The notes: a model not told the origin generated them from the sequence alone. 50,663 nucleotides of DNA from a virus (IMGVR_UViG_3300006169_000031:1-50663), one strand, 5' to 3'; positions 37,824 to 45,696 are shown, counted from the stretch's first letter. Made by a program: numbers and translations.

Positions 37824-37832
37824 CTAGTCCCC

Positions 37833-39326
37833 CTAGCGGAAGTGGTAGTTGCCGCCGAACGTCTTGGGCGGCGTGAAGGCCGGAGCCCCGCCAGGACCGT
37901 ATGAGGCATTTCGCTCGGCTTGTCGATGGAAGTAGCGCGCGAGGTAGCCGAAGCCGTCACCCGGATGGCTGTAGGCGTTCTTCTCCGGCTGCGCATTGCC
38001 ACCGCCCCTGATCTGCTCTTTGCTGTCCAGCGCATAGCGCCAGCCGCCCTTCAGGGCGCGCACGAGGATCGGGCAGTGGCGCTCGTCGATCAGGAGCCCG
38101 GGCAGGCCGAACGGTGAGTGGGTGCAGAAGTGGTCGATCGCGTCGAGCCGCAGCGGGAGCCGGTTGTTGCTCTCGATCGACACCGGGAAGTAGCGCTTCA
38201 GCGTCGAGACGATGGTGTTCTCGTCGTTGGCGTTGCGGTTGTTCGCCGCGGGGTCTGGCGCGATGGTGAAGCCGCCCTGCGGCATGTCGGGGAACCGCGA
38301 GGACAGGTAGGGCCGCAGCCGCTCGTTGACGAACCGCGAGGCGCCGACGCCGGACGTGATGATCTCCCCGAGCACGTAGAGCCGGCCCTCGAGGTCCTGC
38401 TGGCCGAAGATCATCGCCGCGCCGCCGAGACCGGGGTCGAAGCCACCCACGAGGTGCAGGTTGGGATCGTAGCGCAGCGGCGTCTTGGAGACGTGGACCT
38501 TGGGGTTAAAGGCTTGCACGACCGGCTTGCCGGACACGCTGAAGCCCCACTCCGCCTCGATGAACTGCTTGATCCAGGCCTCGCTCTTGTTCTTCGCCGC
38601 GGACACGTAATAGTCCTTGCCGCCGGGCAGGTTGTCGACGTTCTCGGCGAAGGGCGAGAAGCCGCTCGGCTGCAGGAAATAGCGGGTGTTGCGCGTATCG
38701 CCCTCGCCGGCCTTGTAGAGCGCGACCCCCTCGCCGGGCTGGATCACGCCGCCTGCGTTGTGCAGGTAGTCGAACCACCAGTTGTCCTCGGTCGACGGGT
38801 TGCTCGAGCCCCACATGCCCCAGTTCGTCGCACCGCCCATCACGGACGACGGGTAGCGCCCGCAGCGGGCGGCCAGGGCGTCGATGATCGCCTGCGGGAT
38901 TTCCACGAACTCGTCGACGATCGCGAAGGTGACCTCGAGCGAGAGCACGCGGCTGATGTCCTGCGGGGTGTCGAGCGGGCGGAACAGGACCTCGCACTCG
39001 ACGTCGGCGAAGCGCAGGGTGAAGCGCTTGTTGGTGATCTCCCAGGTGCCTGCCTGACCCGGCTTGAACCACGTGAACCACGAATTCAGCGTCGTATCCT
39101 GAAGCTGCTGGCTGGTGTTGCGCACGATCACGGCGCGGGACCGACGGATGCCGTCGGGTCCCTTCGCCTGCATCTGCGCCATCACGATCAGCTTCATGAA
39201 GATGCCGGTGGTCTTGCCCGAGCCGACCGGGCCGACGATCCAGTCGTAGAACAGCTCATGCGGCCGGTAGTCCTTGATGAACCGGCTGATCGTGTCGGGC
39301 GGGGTGTAGTTGATCGACGCGGCCAT
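37833..39326 (-). CDS. terL: Terminase large subunit
   Basis: Walker A GPVGSGKT, Walker B FAIVDE, SNP, nuclease GFDPG and HPGDGFGY; likely start ATG 39326. Confidence 0.93.
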   Translation of the reverse strand: MAASINYTPPDTISRFIKDYRPHELFYDWIVGPVGSGKTTGIFMKLIVMAQMQAKGPDGIRRSRAVIVRNTSQQLQDTTLNSWFTWFKPGQAGTWEITNKRFTLRFADVECEVLFRPLDTPQDISRVLSLEVTFAIVDEFVEIPQAIIDALAARCGRYPSSVMGGATNWGMWGSSNPSTEDNWWFDYLHNAGGVIQPGEGVALYKAGEGDTRNTRYFLQPSGFSPFAENVDNLPGGKDYYVSAAKNKSEAWIKQFIEAEWGFSVSGKPVVQAFNPKVHVSKTPLRYDPNLHLVGGFDPGLGGAAMIFGQQDLEGRLYVLGEIITSGVGASRFVNERLRPYLSSRFPDMPQGGFTIAPDPAANNRNANDENTIVSTLKRYFPVSIESNNRLPLRLDAIDHFCTHSPFGLPGLLIDERHCPILVRALKGGWRYALDSKEQIRGGGNAQPEKNAYSHPGDGFGYLARYFHRQAERNASYGPGGAPAFTPPKTFGGNYHFR

Positions 39327-39333
39327 TAACGTC

Positions 39334-39573
39334 TCAGTGCCTGAAGTGGATGAACTCGCGTCCATCCCACGAGTTGTGCGCCCAGTTGTCCGGCGCCTGC
39401 ATGTCCTCGACCGGGTGGCAGGCACACGTTTCCGCTGCCTGATGTGGCCGTAAGTCATTGGTCGGCAGCAGGTGGCGCTGGTGGTGTCCCTGCGGGGTCA
39501 CGACGTCGAACGCGCGCCAGCCGAAGAACGTCGCCGTCGCTACACGCGGCATCGGTACGATCGGCTCTCTCAC
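39334..39573 (-). CDS. Hypothetical His/Cys-rich protein
   Basis: GTGA-coupled start; HLLP.NDLRPH...CACHP...HNSWDGRE. Confidence 0.65.
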   Translation of the reverse strand: MREPIVPMPRVATATFFGWRAFDVVTPQGHHQRHLLPTNDLRPHQAAETCACHPVEDMQAPDNWAHNSWDGREFIHFRH

Positions 39574-39719
39574 TTGCGCTTGTCCCTCCGTGTTCCGCCC
39601 TTCAGCAGCTTGCCCTCGCGCTTCAGCGCCGAGGTCGCAATCGCCCAGGCCCGGCTCTCCGGCATGTCCGGGTTGGATCGCCGGATCGCCTTGACCCGGT
39701 CCTCGAGCACCTTGGGCAT
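39570..39719 (-). CDS. Small basic protein (49 aa), weakly ChaB-like; not in ORF track
   Basis: MPKVLEDRVKAIRRSNPDMPESRAWAIATSALKREGKLLKGGTRRDKRK fills the gap with coupled ends. Confidence 0.65.
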   Translation of the reverse strand: MPKVLEDRVKAIRRSNPDMPESRAWAIATSALKREGKLLKGGTRRDKRK

Positions 39720-39720
39720 G

Positions 39721-40203
39721 TCAGCCGCCGGGCACCAGACCCCGCTCGCGCGTCGCCTCGGACACGAACTGGTCCCAGTCGTGCTGCGGGAAGACTGCCT
39801 CGACCGTCTCGCCGGCCTTGGTATAGCCCTCGCGCTCCGCGGTTGCCGGCACCTCGACGGGCTCGCCGCGCATGGTCACGACAGCATTGCCGTCCTCGAA
39901 CCGGATGTTGATGAAGGCCGGGAAGCTGTCCGGCAAGACGTTGGTGTGCGCTGCCATCTGTCGTTTCTCCTGTTCGGCCATGAGCCGGTCGAATTCCTCG
40001 TCGAACTCGGGGTTGGCGAGCCACTCGATCTCAGGGCTCATGTGGTCCTCGAACGACGTCGCCACGTAGAGCGGGCCGGGCTGAAGATAGACGTTGCCGT
40101 TGATCTGCGCAACGAGGTCGTCTTCCTCCGCGGCGCTCAGCAGCATGTCAGCGAACCGGCACTCGGAGCAGGTGCATTCGTCGCCCGTATCCCGTCCGTC
40201 CAC
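39721..40203 (-). CDS. Hypothetical protein (possible internal start at 39957)
   Basis: GGAGG before GTG 40203; second RBS AGGAG before in-frame ATG 39957. Confidence 0.55.
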   Translation of the reverse strand: MDGRDTGDECTCSECRFADMLLSAAEEDDLVAQINGNVYLQPGPLYVATSFEDHMSPEIEWLANPEFDEEFDRLMAEQEKRQMAAHTNVLPDSFPAFINIRFEDGNAVVTMRGEPVEVPATAEREGYTKAGETVEAVFPQHDWDQFVSEATRERGLVPGG

Positions 40204-40308
40204 TTCAGCCTCCCAGCCACCCGTACAGAACCAGCAGCGTGACGTAGCCCGACGCCAGCATGAGCACGACCGCCAGGAACTCTCGTGCCGTCTCGACCAG
40301 CCGCCGGA

Positions 40309-40464
40309 TCAGGACCTCCCGCCGAACTTGCCCGACAGCTCCTTGAGCTTGCGCCGGTCCCGCCGGGTGCCTTTCTTGTTGGCACTCGTGCGCTCGACCG
40401 GCGTGGACTTGTCGCCCGGCGCCGGTCCTCGCATGTCGCGGCGGTAGCCCCCGCTAGGCTTCAT
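40309..40464 (-). CDS. Small basic hypothetical protein (51 aa)
   Basis: MKPSGGYRRDMRGPAPGDKSTPVERTSANKKGTRRDRRKLKELSGKFGGRS; fills the operon gap. Confidence 0.45.
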   Translation of the reverse strand: MKPSGGYRRDMRGPAPGDKSTPVERTSANKKGTRRDRRKLKELSGKFGGRS

Positions 40465-40729
40465 CGCCCTGGACCGCCGGCTCCTCGACCGTCTTGGTCG
40501 GCATGACCATGATCGTCGCCGTGGTCTCCTCGAAGTTGTCCGCGTCGGCGCTGAAGACGTGGCCGTAGGCGGTGATGTCGATCGCCACCATCGAGTCGTA
40601 CTTGCGCTGCAGGTTCGCGATCCCGACCTCGAGGAAGCTCTTGATGCTGGCGGGCAGCATCGCGTCGGTCGCGACGTCGGTCGCCGCTTCCGCGGCCGGC
40701 ATGTTGTTGCGGTAGAAGCTGAAGCTCAT
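40454..40729 (-). CDS. Hypothetical protein
   Basis: ATG 40729 2 nt after the terS stop; MSFSFYRNN... Confidence 0.65.
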   Translation of the reverse strand: MSFSFYRNNMPAAEAATDVATDAMLPASIKSFLEVGIANLQRKYDSMVAIDITAYGHVFSADADNFEETTATIMVMPTKTVEEPAVQGDEA

Positions 40730-40731
40730 GG

Positions 40732-41178
40732 CTAGTATCCGTCTCCAAGGTTGATCTGAATTTGTAGCGTGTTCGCGACCAGGGCGCCACCACCTTGTCC
40801 CTCCTCGCCGTTGGTCCGCGGATCGAAGCCCGCCCACCGGGCTGTCAGCTCGATCAGCTTGCCACGCACCTGCGCCGGGCACTGGGGGTCGCGCGTCAGC
40901 CGGAAGACCTCCTTCAGGTTCTCCTCGGCGATCAGCTTGGCCTTGAGCTTGAAGCTCATGCCCTCCTGCCGCACCAGCTCGCACGCGCCGGCCAGCTCCG
41001 ACAGGAACACCGGATTGGTCCGCAGCGCCTGCCATTCCTCGTCGGTGTAGCCGTACTCGGTGCGCAGCTCGCCGGGCGAGGCCGTCTTCAGCGCCAGCTC
41101 GATCGGCAGCGTCGGCGGCCAGACGAGGCTCGTGGGGTCCTTGCTGTCGCGCTCGAGGAAGGTGGTGAGGGCGTTCAT
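40732..41178 (-). CDS. Putative terminase small subunit
   Basis: First gene of the late operon; helical; ends LQIQINLG as in many TerS proteins. Confidence 0.65.
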   Translation of the reverse strand: MNALTTFLERDSKDPTSLVWPPTLPIELALKTASPGELRTEYGYTDEEWQALRTNPVFLSELAGACELVRQEGMSFKLKAKLIAEENLKEVFRLTRDPQCPAQVRGKLIELTARWAGFDPRTNGEEGQGGGALVANTLQIQINLGDGY

Positions 41179-41184
41179 GGTGCT

Positions 41185-41213
41185 AAGCTATACCGTGAGA
41201 GATAGCCATGCAA
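41185..41213 (-). promoter_or_regulatory. Putative promoter giving a leaderless late transcript
   Basis: TTGCAT-N17-TAGCTT-N6-ATG; no RBS before the ATG. Confidence 0.5.
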
Positions 41214-41263
41214 GGGGTGGCCTCCGGCAAGGCGGGCCGGAAATCTCACCGGAGGCCGTCGGC

Positions 41264-41560
41264 TCAGAGGTCGTATTTCGCGACCGTCGCGCCGTGCTCG
41301 TTCATCACGTAGAGGGTGGGCCGCGGTGCCGGCTGCTGTCCGGGCTCCCAATCGGGCGACTTGTGCGGTCCCCACGTGCATCCTGGGATGCCACCCTCGC
41401 GGTGTCCGTGGACCACGATGCAGCCGTCCTCGATCTCCTGCGAGATGAACTCGTAGTCACCGCTGATCTGCTCCACGCGGTCGTAGAACCTTGGCGAGCC
41501 GGGCTCGGCGTTCTGGGTGGCGGACAGGTTGTAGGTGCAGAATTTGACCGTGAAGGCCGT
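41264..41560 (-). CDS. Hypothetical protein with apparent ACG start
   Basis: AAGGAG-N7-ACG GCC TTC ACG GTC AAA, in frame with the 70-aa ORF ending LYVMNEHGATVAKYDL. Confidence 0.6.
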   Translation of the reverse strand, partial: TAFTVKFCTYNLSATQNAEPGSPRFYDRVEQISGDYEFISQEIEDGCIVVHGHREGGIPGCTWGPHKSPDWEPGQQPAPRPTLYVMNEHGATVAKYDL

Positions 41561-41899
41561 GGTGCTTCTCCTTGTGCTTCGTCTTCGTCGGGCCGGGTGA
41601 CCCGGCGACCGCAGATCGCTCTACGGCCTGGACGTGATCTCACGAAAGAAACCCCGGGTCAACTCGCGTCGGCCCGGGGCGGAAGTTTGGGAGAGGATGC
41701 CATGAAAGGCAGGAGCTGGATACCAGAGGTGATAATTTTGGAAAACCATAAAATTTGGATAGGCCGAAAATTTTCGGGAAATCCTTTGCGAGCGACCGTG
41801 TAAGCACCCACCCCATGCTCGATCGAAATCCCCCTCGGGGCTCCTCCGCCGGGGAAAGAATTCTTCCCTGCCTGCCGCCCGGGTATCTCTCCCTAACGT

Positions 41900-41928
41900 G
41901 TGACAGTGTGTTTCGCTTCGGCTATAAC
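41900..41928 (+). promoter_or_regulatory. Putative early promoter
   Basis: GTGACA-N17-TATAAC upstream of the leader cassette and ORF 42005. Confidence 0.55.
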
Positions 41929-41966
41929 TATCCACAGAGAGGCAATCCCGCCGCTCTATCCAATGC

Positions 41967-41981
41967 GTCAGGTAACCTGAC
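41967..41981. repeat. 15-bp palindrome GTCAGGTNACCTGAC (leader cassette copy)
   Basis: GTCAGGTAACCTGAC; other copies at 5165, 42871, 43828, 44520, 46656, 47216, 47823, 49606. Confidence 0.95.
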
Positions 41982-42004
41982 AGCATCTATCGAAGGAAAC
42001 GAAC

Positions 42005-42781
42005 ATGACTGCCATTGCTACCGAAACCGTTCGCGTCTCTGTCGCTCCCGTCATTCGCCTGAAGGGGCGCGGCAAGGCCCAGCGCGAACTCGCCTACATG
42101 CAGATTGCGCCCCTCTCGTTCGTCGAGAATATCAGCCGCGTCGAGAGCATCGCCAACCTGCGCGCCGCGCTCGGCGCTTCGCCTTCGGAAGCGGAGGTGA
42201 AGACTGCCCAGACCGAATGGTCTATCGGCCGCGTCGCTTCGCGCCTTCCCGCCGGGGAATTCCCGAAGGGCTGCACGGATGACATGGCCAAGCTCGACTT
42301 CGCGCGTGACCTCGTGCTGCACTATGCGGCGCCCGCGCAAGAGGGGAAGCAGGCCCGCAAGCTCCGCGCCGGGCAGAAGGGCCGCCGTAACGTCGTGCAG
42401 CACAAGGTTTGCCGCGCGGCCGATGAGGCATGGTCGCAGGTCAAGGCCGAACTCGGGATCGGGCAGGCCCAAACGCAAGCCGAGCGCAACAAGGCCAAGC
42501 GCTCGACGAACAACAACCCGAAGCGCGGCGACGGCAAAGGCAAGGCTCCGAGCCATGCCGAGCTTGTCCAGCCGGCGGCTCCGGTCACGTCTGACGACTA
42601 CGTGCAGTTCATGCAGACGCAGCTCAGCACGTTGTGCGCCTACGACGCGAAGCACGCGAAGAAGCGGCCCACGACGCACGGCGCCTTCGCCGAAGCGCTC
42701 ATGGCGCTGAAGACGCTGGCGAACAAGGCCGCCAACGAATACGAGGTGCGCAAGGCCGAAGCGCTCGCCAAGGCCAAGTAA
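42005..42781 (+). CDS. Hypothetical basic early protein
   Basis: GAAGGA RBS; own promoter and terminator; Ala/Lys/Arg-rich. Confidence 0.85.
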   Translation: MTAIATETVRVSVAPVIRLKGRGKAQRELAYMQIAPLSFVENISRVESIANLRAALGASPSEAEVKTAQTEWSIGRVASRLPAGEFPKGCTDDMAKLDFARDLVLHYAAPAQEGKQARKLRAGQKGRRNVVQHKVCRAADEAWSQVKAELGIGQAQTQAERNKAKRSTNNNPKRGDGKGKAPSHAELVQPAAPVTSDDYVQFMQTQLSTLCAYDAKHAKKRPTTHGAFAEALMALKTLANKAANEYEVRKAEALAKAK

Positions 42782-42798
42782 CCTGCAACGTCCTACTG

Positions 42799-42831
42799 GG
42801 CGCCGCTCCAATCGGAGCGGCGCCTATTTTT
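42799..42831 (+). terminator. Rho-independent terminator
   Basis: GGCGCCGCTCC-aatc-GGAGCGGCGCC-TATTTTT. Confidence 0.9.
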
Positions 42832-42839
42832 GTGTCCGC

Positions 42840-43550
42840 AATCCGTGACGCGTGACCGTGCGCCGATCCTGTCAGGTGACCTGACGCTTTCCGCCTGGGA
42901 TCGAGCGCACGCGATCGACACAGTAGTACCGCTGCTAACGTGTGCGTGGATAGTTCGGGCTCGAAACGCGATGGATAGTGTGGCTTTTCGGCAACTGTAA
43001 ATTATCGACACAGTAGTAGCTGACGGTTGGATAGCTCATCGTGGCAACGCGTTGGCTGGTTGATGGTGTTTACATTTTCCTCGGATTTGAGGGGCCGATG
43101 GTGAGGCTTGCGTGCAACACTATCCACAAACGTCTTGTTGTGCGCAGTTATTTGCTATCCACGAGCAGTGGATTATCCACCGGATAGCAACTCGGATACC
43201 ACAGACTTGAGGATTTCTGCGGTGTTGCTGGGGTATCTATCATCCATATCCAACTATCTGGTCATAAAAATAGACCCCTATGGCTAATTCGGACTATCCA
43301 CACGAGAGCGATATTCCGCCGACGCAGCGTGCCAAAGCGCAGAACTATCCAAACCACAGCCATACAGTAAATTATTCTCTCCCCGTAAAGGCATGTTCAT
43401 TTCTGACCTGCTAGTTGGATATGGATGATTTGCCTGCCGCCGCACCGCGTGTTTCCGGGCGCTTCTGTTATCCGGCACTGAACATGCTCCGCTGATAGCT
43501 GGCTTGTTGACAGTTCTATCCATCTTCGTGTATTTACCTGACCACACAAT
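42840..43550. other. AT-enriched non-coding region with CTATCCA iteron-like repeats (candidate replication origin)
   Basis: At least 8 CTATCCA/TGGATAG copies, palindrome GTGGATTATCCAC, 15-bp direct repeat ATCGACACAGTAGTA. Confidence 0.6.
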
Positions 43551-43561
43551 CGGAGTTAAGC

Positions 43562-44380
43562 ATGACCATCCTCGCCCTTCACTCCCTCTCCGCGATCCGG
43601 GCCAAGTCCGGCCTGACCAAGCGCAACATCGCCGACCTGACCGCCGCGGCGAACCGCAAGCACGGCCCCATCACCATCGACCGCCTGCGCGAGCTTGAGA
43701 ACGGCCCGATCCGCGCAGAACCTTGGCTCGATGAGGCAACCGACCTTGCCCGCATCCTCCTCCTCCCGGGCGTCGTCTCGATGATGTGGGATGAGAAGGC
43801 CGGCGTCGACGCCCAAGCTCAGATAACGTCAGGTGACCTGACACGCTTCGATCTCGGCCACGAGATGCCTGACGAGGTGGACATGCTGCTGCGCGGTGTG
43901 CGCCTGCCCCTGAGCATGGCTTGCCGGTTGGCTGTCCGCTTCGGCCTCACCGATCCGACGCAGCTCGAGCAGCTCCCGATCCACCAGCAGATATGGGCCA
44001 CGCTCGAGGCCAACGAGCGCGGAGCCGCCCCGGGCGAATGTCCGTGGTGTCGTGCGCCGGGCGGCCAGCACCTGCCCACCTGCCTGCCGGCGAACATCTG
44101 GTCGACCCGATCGACGGCGCCTTACGCTACGACCACCGCGCCTCAACCGGCCAAGCCGGGCGGGCGAGGGCTGGCACGCATGGCCAAGGGCCTGAAGGCT
44201 GCGCGCAAGGCGACCCAGCTCACCCAGGCACAGGTTGCCAGCAGCATCGGGATGCACCCGAACTATCTCGCGCGGATCGAGCAGCTCAAGCACCCGCTGT
44301 CCGACGCGCACGCGATCAACATCGCGCGCATCCTCGGCTGCACTGTCGAGGACCTGTTCGGCGCCAGCAGCGAGGATTGA
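43562..44380 (+). CDS. Multi-HTH transcriptional regulator (C-terminal XRE HTH, N-terminal HTH-like region, central CxxC...H...C)
   Basis: LKAARKATQLTQAQVASSIGMHPNYLARIEQ...IARILGCTVEDLF; LSAIRAKSGLTKRNIA...RLRELENG; GGAG RBS. Confidence 0.85.
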   Translation: MTILALHSLSAIRAKSGLTKRNIADLTAAANRKHGPITIDRLRELENGPIRAEPWLDEATDLARILLLPGVVSMMWDEKAGVDAQAQITSGDLTRFDLGHEMPDEVDMLLRGVRLPLSMACRLAVRFGLTDPTQLEQLPIHQQIWATLEANERGAAPGECPWCRAPGGQHLPTCLPANIWSTRSTAPYATTTAPQPAKPGGRGLARMAKGLKAARKATQLTQAQVASSIGMHPNYLARIEQLKHPLSDAHAINIARILGCTVEDLFGASSED

Positions 44381-44404
44381 CTTAGGGTCTGGCTGGTCCA
44401 GACT
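44377..44404 (+). promoter_or_regulatory. Putative promoter
   Basis: TTGACT-N16-CAGACT (TTGACTTAG family). Confidence 0.55.
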
Positions 44405-44409
44405 AGAGG

Positions 44410-44513
44410 CTCAATGTTCGTGGTTCCTTCGGGTCGCACCGAAGGGGGTGGGGCTGGCGCGGTGCCCTTCCAGACCGTTGCCGCGTCGGTCCCACCCATC
44501 CACGAGCATCGAG
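44410..44513 (+). ncRNA. Candidate structured RNA / 5' leader (three-way junction)
   Basis: P1 44410-44423/44500-44513, P2 44426-44432/44439-44445, P3 44446-44464/44479-44497 with several G-U pairs. Confidence 0.6.
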
Positions 44514-44519
44514 AAAAGC

Positions 44520-44534
44520 GTCAGGTAACCTGAC
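44520..44534. repeat. 15-bp palindrome (leader cassette copy)
   Basis: GTCAGGTAACCTGAC, 23 nt before ATG 44558. Confidence 0.95.
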
Positions 44535-44557
44535 AGCATCTACCAAAGGAAACGGCC

Positions 44558-44854
44558 ATGTCGAAGTTCTTCATGCCCATCGAGCTGCACGATCCCAAGC
44601 TGCCAGTCGCGCAGCGCTGGTTCTTCCTCGAGATCGAGGCGGTCGACGAGTACAACGCGTTGCTCAAGGGCAACCGTATCGCCCCGAAGATGATCTCCCG
44701 CGGCGTCAACTACTCACGGTGGGCGTGCCACCGTGAGATGCCGAGCAACGAGTACATGCAGGCCCTGTCCGACGGCATGCGCAAGAGCCGCGGCAAGTCG
44801 CCCAGGGTGCGCAACGCCATGATCGACGCCGAGCTGGCGCGGGTGGCCGCGTGA
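44558..44854 (+). CDS. Hypothetical early protein
   Basis: AAAGGA RBS in the cassette. Confidence 0.8.
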   Translation: MSKFFMPIELHDPKLPVAQRWFFLEIEAVDEYNALLKGNRIAPKMISRGVNYSRWACHREMPSNEYMQALSDGMRKSRGKSPRVRNAMIDAELARVAA

Positions 44855-45000
44855 GCCGCGTCATCTCCGGCTGGGTCGTCAGCCGCAACCGCGAGCCGGG
44901 GCAGAGCCTGCCCTGGCGCGCATGGAGGTCCGGCGAGCTGCCGCTCGTGGCCGACAGCTACCGTGGCCTGCTGGCCCTCATCAGGGAGGCGAAGTCGTGA
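44851..45000 (+). CDS. Small hypothetical protein (49 aa)
   Basis: GTGA coupling at both ends; MSRVISGWVVSRNREPGQSLPWRAW... Confidence 0.55.
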   Translation: MSRVISGWVVSRNREPGQSLPWRAWRSGELPLVADSYRGLLALIREAKS

Positions 45001-45191
45001 CCAAGGAGCAGCAACGCGCCGAGACCGAGGCCCTCGTTCGCAAGGCCCGCTTCGGCAAGGCCAAGCTGTCCATCACCCGCTGCCCGCCGGGCATGCGCCA
45101 GTGGGACAGCAACATCAACTACCGGCACGGCGGGGTGCTGCCCGCACACCTCAACCCGGTGACCATGGGAGAGCATGATGCTGGCTTCTGA
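44997..45191 (+). CDS. Small hypothetical protein
   Basis: GGAGG RBS, GTG start; ITRCPPG motif. Confidence 0.6.
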   Translation: MTKEQQRAETEALVRKARFGKAKLSITRCPPGMRQWDSNINYRHGGVLPAHLNPVTMGEHDAGF

Positions 45192-45318
45192 AGCCCTGTT
45201 CGTCGGGGCGCACTTCGCCCATGTCGTGGCCTTCGAGGAGCGGCAGCGCGAGCGCCGCATCCGGGAGCAGATGCGTCTCATCGAGCGGCGCATGGGTGGT
45301 GACAGGAGGCGCCTGTGA
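45175..45318 (+). CDS. Small hypothetical protein (47 aa)
   Basis: GGGAG RBS; overlapping tiling with neighbours. Confidence 0.5.
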   Translation: MMLASEALFVGAHFAHVVAFEERQRERRIREQMRLIERRMGGDRRRL

Positions 45319-45464
45319 GCAGGCTCGAATGGCTGGCGATCCGGGCGATCTGGCTCGGCATGGCCGTGCTCGTCACCCTGGCCTTCGATTACGGCATGGA
45401 GCGCGATGCAGATCGGCTTTGTGCTTCGGACGCCACCGCCTACCCGGAGTGCGCCGATCGGTAA
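45315..45464 (+). CDS. Small putative membrane protein (49 aa)
   Basis: AGGAGG RBS, GTGA coupling; hydrophobic IWLGMAVLVTLAF. Confidence 0.6.
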   Translation: MSRLEWLAIRAIWLGMAVLVTLAFDYGMERDADRLCASDATAYPECADR

Positions 45465-45510
45465 CGATCGGTAACGATTGGTCAACCATTAGCACGCTAT
45501 TGGGAGAGAC

Positions 45511-45696
45511 ATGATGCCCATCAGCGACCTACCCCAGCGCGAGCTGGACAAGATGACCCCGCAGCAGATTGCCGATCTGGCGCTCGCCGCGGACATGGAG
45601 CGCCGCCGGCTCGAGCGTGCGGGCGACAACACCGGAGCTGCGAGCTGGGACCGCGAGAGCGAGCGGCTGGCGGCTGCTTTCAGGAGGACCGCATGA
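45511..45696 (+). CDS. Hypothetical protein
   Basis: GGGAG RBS; ORF track. Confidence 0.65.
   Translation: MMPISDLPQRELDKMTPQQIADLALAADMERRRLERAGDNTGAASWDRESERLAAAFRRTA

Noticed and set aside
40205-40312. Possible 35-aa membrane peptide on the minus strand (LIRRLVETAREFLAVVLMLASGYVTLLVLYGWLGG)
   Set aside because: Would need a CTG start only 2 nt from the RBS; too weak to call
44410-44513. Structured region as a tRNA
   Set aside because: Three stems rather than a cloverleaf, with no T-loop/D-loop consensus in the correct positions and no 7-nt anticodon loop
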